DNA of 64,000 bases from the human T2T-CHM13v2.0 reference genome, Homo sapiens. The translations under genes were made by a program, and so were the position numbers. This document shows, piece by piece, positions 41,965 to 57,619 of the stretch. The stretch lies in assembly GCF_009914755.1 (NCBI RefSeq), contig NC_060932.1; one strand, 5' to 3'. The notes beneath the pieces are model-generated. The model ran no database searches, was not told the DNA's origin, and saw only the letters and a program-made list of their open reading frames with translations. Numbering within the stretch: position 1 is the stretch's first letter; each line of letters starts with the position of its first letter.

Positions 41965-44629
41965 AGTAAAACAATCCATTGGCTTTGAGACTATTTATTC
42001 ACATCAAGTCTGTAATATTCACTGTGACCTACAATGTCTCTGCCTACCCTGGCTCTTTCCTGTCCCTCCAGATATAGCAACCCACCCACTAAATGCAGAT
42101 AACTTGTCCTTGTCTTTTTTCAGCTGATGCTCAAAACCATTTCTCTCTTTCTGGACTTGGGGCATGCTGTTCCTCTTTTTATGGCACATTCCCACCCACC
42201 CCCACACAAAGCTCATCCTTTGCCTAGTTAATTCTGCTAACTCCTAATAGCCCATGAGGTAAGTATGACTTTCTGGGCTTGTTCCTAGATATGTCTTTCT
42301 GGGTTTTAAGGTCATGAATGCAATAGGGAAGGGGCAGTCAGAATTCAAACTCAGTTTTCTCTGATTCCTTGGTCACTCTCTCTTTTATAACTGGATAACA
42401 CTGTCATAACATTGTAAGCCACACTGAATATTAACGATCTGATATGAATAGTTTCAAAGCCAATAAATTGTTTTATTTATTTATTTTCAACATTTATTTT
42501 AGATTCAGGGGATATCTCTGCAGGTTTGTCTCCCTTTCCAACACTTATATTTAAAGGTCTGAAATTGTGAAGATTTTTTTACTTATGAAAGTTGTTTATC
42601 AAAATGTTAGATGTTCGTAATTAAAGCTTGATACTCCTTCATTTTTGTGCTAACTTGACCTTCTGCAGATTCCTGGTCTGAAAGCTTAGTTGAGCCTGCA
42701 TGGTGTTTTGGCAACTCTTTCATTTGTCCCTTGATGATTCTAGCTCACACTACTCCCTGTTTCTCTCTGCTCAAGCCTTTATTCTTTGACAGTTAATCCT
42801 GTGTTGTCTTGCAACATCTCTCGAGTCTCTGTCTGGTACTATTTAGCTCTTTATTGTTACTAAATTCTTGAATTTGTTATCTCTGATTGCCTTCACTAGG
42901 CTATAGGTTTCTTCTGGTTAAGGGAGAATATTTTACAAATAATTGGCAAGCACTATCATTTGTGTGAACATCACAGTGTATAAAATTCTTGAATACACAT
43001 TGTCACGTTCATTTTTCATAACAGTTTTGTGAGAAGGCAGGGAAGGAAGTAGGGATTACAGAGGTAATTGACTTGTGTGCTCTCTTCACTTTTAAGGGGC
43101 AAAAGCAGGTCTTTGACTTTCTGATTTTAGGTTTTGTTTTCTTTTGTTTGATTGCTTTTCTCACCACACCAAGTTGCCTTATACATACTTCCATAGTGTT
43201 TAGCACAGTGTCTTTTGTACAAGAAATACTTAATAACCCTGTGTGGATTGATTTTATATTTTAAAGAAAATAAAATAAAGTAAGAATCATTACAGTCTGG
43301 ATCTGCATGACAAACATCTGTATGAAAAATAAACAAATTATCTCAACTGCCTGGACTCTTCCAAAATGTCAATATTTGGTGTGGAGGAAACTAATCATTT
43401 TGGCTGAATTGACAGAACTTCCCTCACCCTTTTTTGTTGTTACTTATGGCTCAAATTATGCAAAAACTGAAGAGCCCATGTGTGAATTAAAGTAACTTTT
43501 ACAAATTTCTGTTTATTCAGGACCATGTATGCCTCTGGGATTATTGTAGAAAGAGTCAACAGCTCTGCTTGACCCTCAGCTCATGGCCAGCAAAGGAGGA
43601 GTTTAGAGACTGGGAAGTCAGAAACATGTGGTGGTTCCAGGCCTGGGCAAAGCAGGGTAACAAAAATAGTCATTTTTCATTTTCCAGCCCTTGGTGTCTA
43701 GAGGACTTCGGGGAATTTAACAAAATATACATAAAGCCCAATTCTGAAAACAAAGCAACACATCCCCTGGCCTTAACAAAGCAAAGCCCAAGGGAAAATA
43801 ATAATAAACGCTTTGCTTCCTTTGCCACCAACATTACAAATCATCAGCAGTGACACTGGGAACAAAGAAATCAGAGGTTATGAGAAGGAGAAAAGATTAA
43901 ACAAGAGAGGAAATTAGAAAATAAATATGCATGGCCTCTTTAGGAATTGCTTCTAGATGTATGTGGAACATGAGTTTGACATAAAATGCCAGCCCCCATC
44001 CCGAGACACATACAATCACACACACTCCCATCACCAACCACAAGAAAATACCTCTGAGTTATAAACTAGTTACATGAAAATAAAGAAGAGGAAATGAACT
44101 GCCAACTGTCTGCTATGGTCGCAGGAACAGATAGTTGACTTGTTTATTAAGTAATAGAACATGTGTAAATAACTAAAAGATACTTGCTATGTATTACCAA
44201 AACAGCAGGTTATAATAAATATATGTGTTTTATTCCACTTTGTCACAAATATGGATATATATGTGTACAGACACATGCAGGCTAGAACGCATTAAAATAT
44301 AACCAATTCTTTTTTACATTTTTGGCGGTGGAAATATCTGCATTATTTAATTTTTTTCCATGCTTATCTAAATTTGGTATTTTGTCTACATGGTCATTTA
44401 TTGCTTCTGTAATAAAAACAAATACATTATTAAAAACTTAAAAATACCAGTGATTTATGGTAAACACACACTCATATAGAAATTCAAAGTAAACTCATGC
44501 ACAGTGTTTAGAAATTTCATCAATTGCAGTTATGCAGAGCTGTGGCTAAAGAGAAATTTCTACCTTAAAGAAAGGCTATTTTATCAGCTATCTTAGTATC
44601 TCTTTCAGTGATACAGACCCCCACTTCTA

Positions 44630-44840
44630 CTAATAGTTTACAGTCAAATTCTAGCTGCAAATTTACCATCTATGTGTCTTAGTTTACTATTCTTCTCACT
44701 TGCATTTCTGCAAATGTAGCTAATAACAGTACCTTACTTTCTTGAGCTTAGTGAGTATTAAATGGGATAGTCTACATTAAAATCCTTGACACAGTGCCTG
44801 ACAAACTGTAATCACCCAATATGTGTTAGCTAATATTATG
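44630..44840 (+). mobile_element. MIR
   Basis: gtattaaatgggatag...acagtgcctgacaaac...aatatgtgttagcta 3' signature. Confidence 0.65.
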
Positions 44841-46286
44841 ATTGTCAAAATCGCCATAATCCTCTTCAGAACTGTTACTTTTTCCTGAAAGAACTTCCAT
44901 TTCATGTATTCAGATTGGACTTCCCATTTTTTCTCTTCACCCATATATCTCAACAACTATTCAACATCCTACCTTTCAATATACTAATTATTCTAAAAAT
45001 GGAACATTCTGATATTAAACTTACAAGTTTGTATCCTCAAAACTAAGCCTCGGGAGGTTCCCATGTCTGTGAATGGTAATAGCCTCCATCCAGATGTACT
45101 GGCCAGAACCTTAGAAGACATCTTTTTTCTGTCCTACCTACATCAATTTTTTTTTTAAGAAAGACTCTCTTTCTTCTATCCTACTTATATCAATTCTCTT
45201 TTTAAAAAAACAAGTCTTACCAAGTGAAATGAAATGGATTTTAAAGCCAATGTTACCATTGAAATATCCCTCAAGTCTACCCACCTCACTCCACTTTATC
45301 ATCATCCTTCTAGATTATTCTAACACTGTTTCTCACATGGACAAGAGATTTCCTACTGATCCCTTTAAATTCCCTGTGCCTTCTTTGAATGTATTTCTTT
45401 CTTGCAGGAAGAGTGATAATTTAAAAATGCGTACATGATCGTATTACCTCTGTGCTGAAAACTTTTGGGTATCTGCATACTGCTTTAATGAATGATCGAA
45501 ATCCTGATCAGTGACCTGCAAGGCCTAGTTAGTTCCTTCTTACCATTTTTGGTTCCGTTAATACTATAGTAAATTGATTGTTCCTTAGTTAATTGTGCTC
45601 TGTTTGCATTGGCGGTTTGTTAGTTCCTCGAGCCTGATCTGTAACCTCCTATTGTAGGCTACTTAGAACATTCTTCCTCTCCCTACTCTCCTCATATCAC
45701 CCCCGTTAATTCCTTATTTTCTATTCTGCCTACCTAAACTCTCAGCAGATAACTCTTCCTTATACTTCACTGAGAAAATAAAAGCAAACAGATGGGAAAT
45801 CCCTCTCTTTTCTTGTAACCAAAGATGCCAACTTCCCCACTTTTGTGTCTGAATTCTTTGATTTTCTTCCTGTTACAATGTGTTTTAGAACAACTTCACC
45901 AGTACTTTGGTCCTTCAACTTTCTTAGGAAACTTTCTACAATATTCCCTTTTATTCAGCTTCATCAATTTCTCCCTTTAGCTGGGTTACTCTCTACAGCA
46001 CACACGCAAGCTCTACAGTTTCCTATCTGAAAACATAAACTATTTAAAGTATTTCCTAACTTCACAGTCCCTTCAGCTACCACCCTAATTCTCTGTATCC
46101 CTTTTTTCTAGAAAAGTTGTTTATATTACTGACTGAACTTCCTGGTCTGCTCCTTTTTAATTGTTTACAAACAGGCTAACAGGCTTCACGCCCTCACACT
46201 CAACAGAAAATGATCTGATTACATTACTGAGTGTCTTTCCCAGTCTTTTTCATGTCTGTTTTCATCCTTCTTGGCAGCACTCCCTC

Positions 46287-46588
46287 TTTTTTTTTTTTTT
46301 TCTTTTTGACAGAGTCTCACTCTGTTGCCTAGGCTGCAGTGCCACAGCGCAATCTCAGCTCACTGCAACCTCGGCCTCCTGGGTTCAAGTGATTCTCCTG
46401 CCTAAGCCTCCCGAATAGCTGGGATTATAGGTGCCTGCCACCACGCCCAGCTAATTTTTGTATTTTTAGTAGAGATAGGGTTTCGCCAGGTTGGCCAGGC
46501 TGGTCTTGAACTGCTGACCTCAGGTGATCCACCCGCCTCGGCCTCCCAAAATGCTGGGATTACAGGCGTGAGCCACAGCGCCCCACCC
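46287..46588 (-). mobile_element. AluS inserted within L2 fragments (about 44990-46800)
   Basis: Reverse Alu flanked by agcactccctctttt on both sides. Confidence 0.96.
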
Positions 46589-47889
46589 TGACAAGCACTC
46601 CCTCTTTTTAAAAGCATTTTCTTCTCTTGGTTTTCAGGTCATCATATTTTGGTTTTGCTCCTACCTCACTGAACAATCCATCTCAGTCTCTTTTCCTGGT
46701 TGTTTCTTTGCTCAGACTCCAAATGATGGAACTTTTCAGAGCTGGTATTAGGCATTCTGTTTTCATTTATATTTAGCTATCCTCATTTAGTTATATGACA
46801 GATAACTCATACAAACCACTCACCATAATTCATAAAAGGAGTTTGGTCCACACGTAATCTTAGTTCTTTCCCACTCTTCTTGATGTATATGTAGCCTGAC
46901 CGACATAAGCCACAGAAATTTGGCTTACACAAGAACTAAGGTGCTTCAAGCAAACTCAAGGAAAGAGCCACATGGTTGCATGGGTTGGGAATACTTCCCA
47001 ACAGTGGCTCTTCTGAGTGTCTTCATTCATCTCTCTCATTTTCTCATGAGAATAAGCTGGGAATAGTTGCCAGTCTTAATAGGTCCTGGGAAAGTAAAAA
47101 GGTTTCCGTTGGAAACTGAAGGACTTCAGCCTTCAGTCGAAAGTAGGAACACTTAGTTGACTCTGTAACAAGACTGCTATCTCTCTCAGAGTCTTATGAT
47201 CAGAAAAGAGAAGGGGAATGTGAAGTTTCCTGAGAGATAATTTGAGAATTCAGAAATAAACACTGGATTATCCTAAAGGCCCATTAACGTATTTTAACTG
47301 GAAAGGATGTAATATCTATCCAGATTACAGCAGGAAGGCTTAGATTTTTTCTCATAAAATCCCAAGCTCTCCAGAAGGGAAGAGGATTACCTACATAGCT
47401 GGAGAAATTAAAGAATGTAAGAAGATTCTAGAGCCACTTAGAAGAGTCATATGAGGAAAACCAATACAGGACTTCCTAATAGAAACAGTTTTTTTCACAT
47501 GGGGTCAAGTGACATTGAAGCATTGTCCTTCCTGTATAGGATGTAGGGAATTGTAGGGTTCTGCCGTGGCTGCAGTTTGCCTGTTGCAGACTAAATAATA
47601 AACGATACATGTGTACTTTCCTTTTAATGAATTTTCCTTCTGATACTTTGCAATTAACAGGAATTCAAGTGGAGAGACTTTCCCAGGTTTCTGTGCTGTA
47701 GCCAAGTCAAATGAGCCATGTCTTCCTAATAAAGTAAAGAAAAGGTAAAAGAAAACAGGCCCTTTGTGCCAAAGACATCTCAAATACATGAGAGCTGAGG
47801 AGGTGTGGTTTAGACTACATAAAAGAGGGGAAATGAGACCCCTCAGAATCAAAGGAAGTCTAAGTGATAATAGTGTCTCTATCTACATT

Positions 47890-48460
47890 TTTAAATTTAA
47901 TTTTATTTATTAAATTTTGTTTTATTTTTAATCAACACAAAATAATTGTACATATTTATGGGATATGATGTGATGTTTCGTTACTTGCATATATTGTGTA
48001 ATGATCAAATCAGGGTAACTAGCAAACCCATCACCTCAAACATTTATCATTTCTTTGTGGTGAGAACATTCAGAATCCTCTTTTCTAGCTATTTTGAATA
48101 CACAATATATTATTGCTAACTATAATCACCGTGCTGTACAAAAGAACACCAGAACTCATTCCTTCTATCTAACTGTAAGTTTGTTCCAGTTGACCAGCCT
48201 TTCCTCCTCTCTCCCTTTCCTTTCCCTTATCCAGCCTCTGGTAACCACTATTTTACTCTCTACTTCACTGAAATCAACCCTTGTAGATTCCACATATGAG
48301 TGAGATCATATGAGTGAGGTCATATGTAGAATCTAAAAGGGTTGATTTTAGTGAAGTAGAGAGTAAAATATTTGTCTGTCTGTGTCTGGCTTATTTCACT
48401 AAACATAATGTCCTCCAGGTTTATTCATGTTGCAAACAACAAAATTTTATTTTCTTATGT
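47890..48460 (-). mobile_element. L1MA-type 3' end fragment containing an inverted duplication
   Basis: aataattgtacatatttatggg, gtaatgatcaaatcaggg, cagcctctggtaaccac, ggcttatttcactaaacataatgtcctccagg. Confidence 0.88.
48249..48370. repeat. Inverted repeat: 51-bp arms (48/51 complementary), 20-bp spacer
   Basis: 48249-48299 versus the reverse complement of 48320-48370, compared base by base. Confidence 0.95.
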
Positions 48461-49685
48461 TCATCTGTATTTTTAAACATAATCTGCAGTTCAGTTACTT
48501 TAATGGATTTAAGGAGCAGAAAATATTAGAACTGTTTTCATTATTAGTCAGGATGCTTTGACATCAAACGATAAGTACACATTTCAAATTTTCTATAGTA
48601 AAAATAATTTTGTTGGTGTTTACATATATGAGAAGAATATCAAGGTGAGGTCACAAAAATTGAAGTAGGAATTATACAAATCAAAATAGAAGAACTGGAA
48701 CCTAGCACTCAAAACATCAGGTAATATTCTTTCGTTTTCTCTCTAATCTTTGCTTTTTTTGCTTGCTGACCTCATTCTTTCCTATGCAGACAGATTTTCT
48801 CCATGTGGCAGGATATCTGACTACTGACATTCTCGTTTTAGCAGACCTAGAGGAAAGTAAGAACATAATTTCACCAGCATCTATATCAGTCTCAGGGAAG
48901 GTGTGTTATCAGCCCAGAATAGGCCATTTCTCCTTTCCCTGCTTCGAAGCAATCATTATTGCAAGATATATCCAGTGCTATAATTGGAACAAGCCTGCTC
49001 CATGAACATACGGAAGAAAGTAGATATAGAGTTGGCAGAGCAGATTTTAAAAAGAAATTGTCAGCTACCACAGACTACTGTATTCTACATGACCCCAAGA
49101 GTATAATTATAAAAATAGGTCAGAAACTACAAGGAATGAAATTTCAGCACAATACTGTATTTAATGTCTTTTTTGCAATAGTCAAAACTGGGTAAAGATG
49201 TTGAATTGAGTAACTTTGTTAAGTTAGTTGCCCATCTCTAAAGGTGTTCAAACAAAGGCTAGAAGATAAGTTCACAGCAATGTTTGAAGAACAGCATTTT
49301 AAAATCTTGTGTAATTGAGCCTCCTGAGATATGGAGAAGGCCATCAGGATTTGCACAAGATGGCAGAAAGGGAGAACTTGTTCCCTACTGTGATTCAACA
49401 GGAGTATTTCTATTGATCTATTTTACATGCTGGAATTCCATATATAGTTTTGAGTGGGATTGTCAACAAAAGGTAACAAATCCACTGTAATAACTGTGGT
49501 AGGTGCTCCTAGGTAGTAGATAAGATGAGATAGCCTTTAAATGCTGGTATTATCTTTATATATAAAAAGAGATCAAGAAAGATCTTTAATGTTCATTTTA
49601 ATGATAGAGTTCTATGATTTTATGAGCTTCTTGGGGGAATTGAAAAGTACTAACAAATTTTAGAGTCTGGCTAATTTGGGGGATC

Positions 49686-49839
49686 AATAAATTAACCTAC
49701 TAGAGGCTTCTGATGTTCTCATGAAGCTAGTCAAAGGATGCGCCATTAATACATTAATAATATTAATAAAAACTAATAAATTAACCTACCAGAGGCTTCC
49801 GATGTTCTCATGAAGCTAGTCAAAGGATGCTCCATTAAT
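49686..49839. repeat. 65-bp direct duplication with 24-bp AT filler
   Basis: 49686-49750 versus 49775-49839, 3 mismatches. Confidence 0.95.
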
Positions 49840-50043
49840 CCCTGGGGTTCAGTGTTCATTTCACATATTGTGGCTTCACATTCTAATGGGAACAGCCCAA
49901 TCAAATCGTCAAATTTAAGCTATTTTTTAAATAGAGCTTTGGTTATGCGTTTTGCTGATGAAGAAACTGAATTAATTGACTTGACTGAAATTTCACAGGT
50001 AGTTAAATCTATGGTTTAGTTTATTCACTGCTTTTATGGTTTT

Positions 50044-50311
<268 letters not shown>

Positions 50312-51362
50312 GCTTTTATGGTTTTTTAAAATATTGGACTTTAGAGTTAGGGAAAGAAGAGAAAGGATGAAAAGAGATAATTCAGCTAGGCAGGCAGATC
50401 TGGGAGTGCTGAAATTCCATATTCTCAGGTATAGCAGAAAAAGGAGATCTGGTTCAATTCCATCCATTGATTCAATTAATTTTTCAAAGTCTTCTTTTGC
50501 TAGACTCTCTGCTAGAGACTGGGGTACAAACATGGATAAGACGGCCTTTCGTTCCTAGTAAATTTTCATCTATTGAAGGAGAGACGCTAAACATAAAGAC
50601 AGATGTTTTATCTATTCAACATTTTTTTTTGTAAAGAGATCATGAGGTGAAAAAGACAATTTCTATAATCAAGAAATTTTAAGTATATACAAATATATGT
50701 ATCTGTACTAGCAAATGTATTTAATATTTTAAAAAGTACACTGTAATAAAACATACTATGTAGTACTATAAGCATCATGCTCTCAGAGGAGAAAGGAGAG
50801 ACTTTTTTTTCTTTTTCCTCCTAGAGGGTCTGTGGAAAATTCTCAGCAGAAGCAGCATTGCCAATTAATGAAGAAGGAGAAACTATATTTTGCTGCATCA
50901 TTTAGGAATGACCCAAACAGTAGGAATTTCTGATAAGTTGCCTGCTTAGTGCAGATGATATTTGATATCTTTCAGTAGTTGAGTTAGTAATGGCTCTCAA
51001 TTTACATCAGATCTCTTAGTTCATAGATCCAGACATCAGTAGTGTACTTGAAAATGGCATTGCAAATCACACATATTTACATGAATCATATAGATATATT
51101 CAAGACTGCTGCCAGACACCTTTATTGCTTTTCCCATACACAGTGTTTTTGAGCTCTTCCTGAATGCACTGGGATTAACTTTTTGGCTGTGTGTATATTT
51201 TGGAAAGAGTAGTGGTGGTTAGGATCTACGAGTATACATACAAAATAGCAGAGCTTTTGTCCCATTCATTAAATATATACTTATTGAATATTTACTATAT
51301 GCCAAGTACCTTGCAAGACACTTGAAAGTAAGATGAAGAATAAAAGAATCCTTCATCTCTAG

Positions 51363-51790
<428 letters not shown>

Positions 51791-52239
51791 ATACTTTAAT
51801 TTAATTTATCCTGGTCATTGTTCGTCTAAGTTGTGATTAGGCAATTTCTCCAATCACTGGACCCCAGAGACAGCTCTTGTTAGGTGCTGGTCCATTGGGT
51901 CTCTAATTTAAAAAGCCCTTTTCTGTGGTGTTTGTCAACTCCCATGGAGTAAATATTTTCACCATCACTGATTTCTAGCTTCATCTTGATGCCACTGAAC
52001 ATAGAGTTATGACAAGATATGCACAGTCAGCTCTTGCTAGATGGTACAAACTAACTTCAGCACTGCATTCTACGAGATGGATCTGGTTCAGACTGAGACA
52101 TGTGTCCAAGGGAGAAATAATGAGGAAGCCACCTTTAAAAATCATGCCACACATGGGAAATAAATTGTAGTCAAAATTACAAATACAAGTACTAGAGACA
52201 TATGACCATACATTTTTAAAAGTACATAGATTTTTTGAC

Positions 52240-52790
52240 TTTCCTGCTAGAAATGTCATTTCTTACCATTGATCTTAGGCAAAAGCCCAAGATCTTAACC
52301 AAGGCCCATAGTTCCTACATAACCTGGTATTCACCCCTCTTACCTCCTGTAGTCCTTTAGCTTCTTGCATTTTGTAAATGTTATGTCTGCTCTTTTCTGC
52401 TATAAGCCTTTGTACTAGCTTTTCTTTCTGTCTGAATGCTCCCTTGTTCTCCTCCCTGCCCCAGGTAGATCCTATAATTTGTATTAGTTTGGTGGTCTCA
52501 AATAAAATGTCTCTTCCTTAGAGAAGATTTCTTAGCCTCTCCTCATCCACTAGGTCATGTCTCCTCTTATGTTATATAATATATAATAAACCTATAAATA
52601 TCATAGAATGTTCGAAGTTTTCCTAGTAGCACTGACAACAACTCTAAATAATCTGTGAGTCTGTCTCCTGCTAAAATGTAAGTTGATAGGCACTCTACTT
52701 GTCTTATTTACTATCAGATCTCCAGGGCTCACCACAATGCCTAGTGTACGTTAGGAATTCTATTAATAATAACTGAATGAAGGAATGAGC
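52240..52790 (+). mobile_element. L2 3' fragment
   Basis: aaaagcccaagatcttaacc...acaatgcctagtgtac...aactgaatgaaggaatga. Confidence 0.7.
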
Positions 52791-52950
52791 GAAAAAGCAG
52801 GAATTTATTAAATTCTCAAATTGACCAGTAGAGAGTTTCAAACAATTCTAATAATTTCCTCCCATCTCACCTTTCTCTTAAAAAGAATTTTATTTGCATA
52901 GTTATTCTGACATAGAGTGATCAGGGGAAAATAAGCCTCCAAAACTAAAA

Positions 52951-53295
52951 TACTCATGCACCTCATAACAATGTTTTGGTCAATGATGGACGCATATATA
53001 ATGGTGGTCCCATAAGATTATAATATTTTTACTCTACCTTTACTATGTTTGTTTAGATATATTTAGATATACAAATACTTACCATTATATTATAATTGCC
53101 TATAGTAGTCAGTACAGGAACATGTTGTACATGTTTGTAGCTTAGTAGCAATAAGCTATACTATACAACCTAGGTGTGTAGCAGGCTATACCATCTAGAT
53201 TTGTGTAAGTATACTCTACCTTGTTCCCACAATGACAAATTGCCTAACAACACATTTCTCAGAATGAAACTTCATTGATAAGTGACACATGACTG
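52951..53295 (+). mobile_element. Tigger3a (MER7A-like) DNA transposon
   Basis: tcatgcacctcataacaatgttttggtcaatgatgg...ggtggtcccataagattataat...taagtgacacatgactg with terminal inverted repeats. Confidence 0.85.
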
Positions 53296-53462
53296 TCGTC
53301 ATTTTGGCTCTTCGTTAAGCTAGTAGAGAAAGCAAGTAAAACAAATAACTAAACTTGTGTTGGAAGCATAGCTGTGCTATTATGTTTTAAACAACTATTG
53401 TTTAAAACATCTTAAGAGCCTCGTATCTTCTGCTTCTGTAGTGGTTTAAATCAATGATATAA

Positions 53463-53766
<304 letters not shown>

Positions 53767-55138
53767 GATATCATCTTTCTTTATAGATTCTGCCTATGCT
53801 GTTTCATCAAATCAATCACTAAGAAAGAGGTCTCAAATGTCTGAAAACTTTTTACCAAACCTCCTCTTACTTCTGCATATCAAAGAGGAGGTGCCTATCA
53901 CTACAGGGCTGGTGTTGGAGGGGGTGTGTGTTTGGAGAGGGGGTGTATTTGAAGCACAGTGAGGACTTTGAGAGTTTTAAAGACGTCTGGTGCAACTTGA
54001 GTCCTCTCAGGCCCCCAGCCCAAGTCCTTGGACAATATCTCCTGCTGTAGGTCAAAACAGGGAAATACAGAATTTGCCAGGCAGAACATCAAGAGGGTTT
54101 TGAGTTTCACACGAACACGTGAAGATTATTACCTCCAGCACACCTTGATTTCCACAGATTTCAGTTCAACACCCTCAGAGGCAAAGCCGACTTGAAATAT
54201 TGTTTTCCATTAACTTCTTCTTCCTCTCCTGTTGTGATTTGACATCTCCTTCCTAGGATGGTTTTCTCCTGTTAGATTAGAATTTGGATCCTGAATTTCT
54301 AGCATGGTCTATCCAGATGCAATTTTGTCTTCTTTCAGCTTTGTTTCAAAGCTGTCTTGGTTTCCCCAACTATAGAGTACTCCTTCAGGCCATGTGCCAT
54401 CTCCATCCCTCGCTGTATTTACAACTCCCTCAGTCTGCTTCCTTCATCTCTGTTATCTCATTTATCCTTCTTGCATTACTGCTTGAGAGCTTGGGAATAT
54501 GGTTTTGATTAGGAAGCTCTGTTTTACCCCTGGTGTTCACATACTGGCTTTCAATATCCCAGCCCACTTTTCATTGCTGTCTTCCTCTAGTCACAGTTTG
54601 CCTTGTTAAAGCATAATGATCTCATCTTCGACTCTTTAATGGCCTGACCCCATTTCTTCCTCTGAACCATATTACGTTATGGGTGACATTATTTATGTTT
54701 TCCTTCTTGCTCCTGTGACATGCTTCAGGCTTTCCCTTTTTCGAGGTGCTGGATCAGAAAGCACAGGCTACACAGGTTGTAAGTTAATTCTTTCTTTCTA
54801 AGTGACCCCTTCCATGGTTCTGCAACATCCCTCAAATCCACACTTGTTGGAGTCACAAATACAATTTTGCCAAGGAAATCAGCCAGGTTGGATAACTCTG
54901 GGTTTGGAATAAAATCTATTGTTAGGTTAGAAAGAAAAAGAAACTGTTCAGTCTTCTCTTCAGTAAATGGGGGAGGGAGGAGCTGTAACTTTTTCTTATG
55001 ATGCCCAAACTTCAAGGCCACATTAGAGCAAAAGGGAGAAAAGGAGACTTGGAGCAAAAGATCTGGTTTCCTAGTCTCACCCTGGGTCATTGCTTGAGTG
55101 TCTTCTTCAGTCCTGAAGCTCATGTTTCGTCTTGCTTT

Positions 55139-55485
55139 TGTCTTAGTCTATTCGGGCTGCTATAACAAAAATACAAGAAATAAATATTTATTTCTCATAG
55201 TTCTGGAGGGTGGGAAATCCAAGATCAAGATGCAACAGATTCAGCAACGGGAGAGGGCCCACTTTCTGCTTCATAGCTGCCTCTTGCTGTGTCCTTACAT
55301 GGTAAAAAACTGCATCAGAGATATCTCTGGGGTCTCTTTTATAAAGGCACTAATCCGATTTATGAGAACTCTACCCTCATGACCTAATCATTCCCTAAAA
55401 ACCCTACCTCCTTATACCACTACCTTGAGGCTTGGGATTTCAACATATAAATTTTGTGGGAAACTAAAAGGTTCAACCTATAGCA
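55139..55485 (-). mobile_element. MLT1A-like MaLR LTR
   Basis: tgtcttagtctattcgggctgctataacaaaa...tttctcatagttctggagg...catgacctaatca...ctatagca. Confidence 0.85.
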
Positions 55486-55575
55486 AATGTTTATTTACAA
55501 AATGGATCTACTAATATTTTTCAGTTTACCAGACTTAATCAAATAACTCCTGTGTACCTAAAAACATTTGGGAAA

Positions 55576-55830
55576 CAGTAGAGTGTAGTGGTATGAGCAT
55601 GAGATTTTGAGTCAAACTTGCCTGATAAAGTTTAGGTTTTCATTACAGCATTTATCAGAGTACAATCTTGAATGAGTTATTCAACACCTATAACCCTCAG
55701 TTTCTTTATCTAGAAAATCAAATAACAAAATTTTTCACCTTACAGGACCATTAGGAGGGCTAAATACAGTAATGATACTAAAGTCCTTAAAAGACTATTT
55801 CATGGTATATACTTAATAAACACTGGATGT
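55576..55830 (+). mobile_element. MIR
   Basis: cagtagagtgtagtgg...ttttgagtcaaac...cctcagtttctttatc. Confidence 0.7.
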
Positions 55831-57135
55831 TATTAATATTGCTACTAACAATATCTTATATCTCTATAACTTCTAGAGCAGTTTAAGGTAATATAATTAT
55901 ATAGGATTATATTTGTTTACATATTCACTTCTCCCAATCAGACTTTAGACTACTTAGAACAGGGATCACATCTTAACTTTCTCTCCTTAGCACCAAATAT
56001 GGGGGGTCTGAGATACAGAAACTTGAAAAAGAAGTCTTGACTTGAAATGGAGGTAGGAGACAATATCAGTGTCTTTGCATCTGAGCCTCTTCCAGCACAA
56101 CTGCTGAACAATTTCAAGTCAAACAATTTCAAAGGGAGTTGAAAGTCAAATGGATCAAATGTAACTTACTTGCTGTATGCCAGGGGACTGATTTTCCCTT
56201 TCCATTATTTGGAGAGTTCTACCCTGTTACTTTGATCCCCCCTTTGTTTCTATAAAATCCAATAAAAATTTTAAACACAAAATTTGTACACAGTCACTCT
56301 AAAGTTCCAATTTAGATGCAAAATAAAAAGTTAAAAGTAAAAGTTGCCCCTTTTTTTCCTTCTAGAGGTAAACACTTTTGATAATCTGGTATGTACCTTT
56401 ATAGATTTTTCTCTGTATGCAGAAGCATATACTATTACATATGTACCATATATTGAGTTTTTTGTTTTGTTTTAAAAATGGTATCATACTATAAATATTC
56501 CTGTTTTATTTCATTAATATTGATAAATAATGTCATAACTATACACAATGTAAAGACAATCATCTACATCTGGGGATGTACCAAATAATTTTTTAAAATT
56601 AGTCATTTTATTATCCATCAATGTAACATATACACAGAGTTTAAACATTCAAATGCATTTCTAAGAATGGTACCCTGCACCCACTTCTATTTCATATGCT
56701 GACCACCATCATGACCCCTAAGCCTCCAACTGTTCATCAAAGGTAGCTTTTTTTTTTAAGCCAGTTTCTTCTTAGCTCCACATATATATCAAATCAATAT
56801 CTCTATATTGCTATCTCTTGACTCACAAGTTCAGATATTAACTATTTATATCCTCTCCTTTCTTGCTGCTTCATCAATATATAGATTTTGAAATGCTTGT
56901 TAAATTCGTAGTCCATATTATTGTTACTATGGCAATGTAAACATTTGTTTTTCACTGCTGAGCTACTTAGTGCCGAGTACCAGGATAACTTTTTTGAAAA
57001 CAGCTTCGACACCTCCCTCTCTCCCATTTAATTACTATGTAATTTGCTTAATGCGTGATCATTGAGCTAAATCTTCCAACATCTTAAATAAGCTCTGCAA
57101 AATGCCTCTTAGTAAAAGATTTTACAAACTTTAAA

Positions 57136-57606
<471 letters not shown>

Positions 57607-57619
57607 TACATAATGTACC

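Noticed and set aside
46790-47880. Possible ancient LTR or unique regulatory block
   Set aside because: I could not identify termini, a TSD or a family signature by eye; needs a Dfam search.
54725-55123. 132-aa minus-strand ORF in unique sequence
   Set aside because: No recognisable domain, non-ATG start, no supporting exon structure; length compatible with chance.
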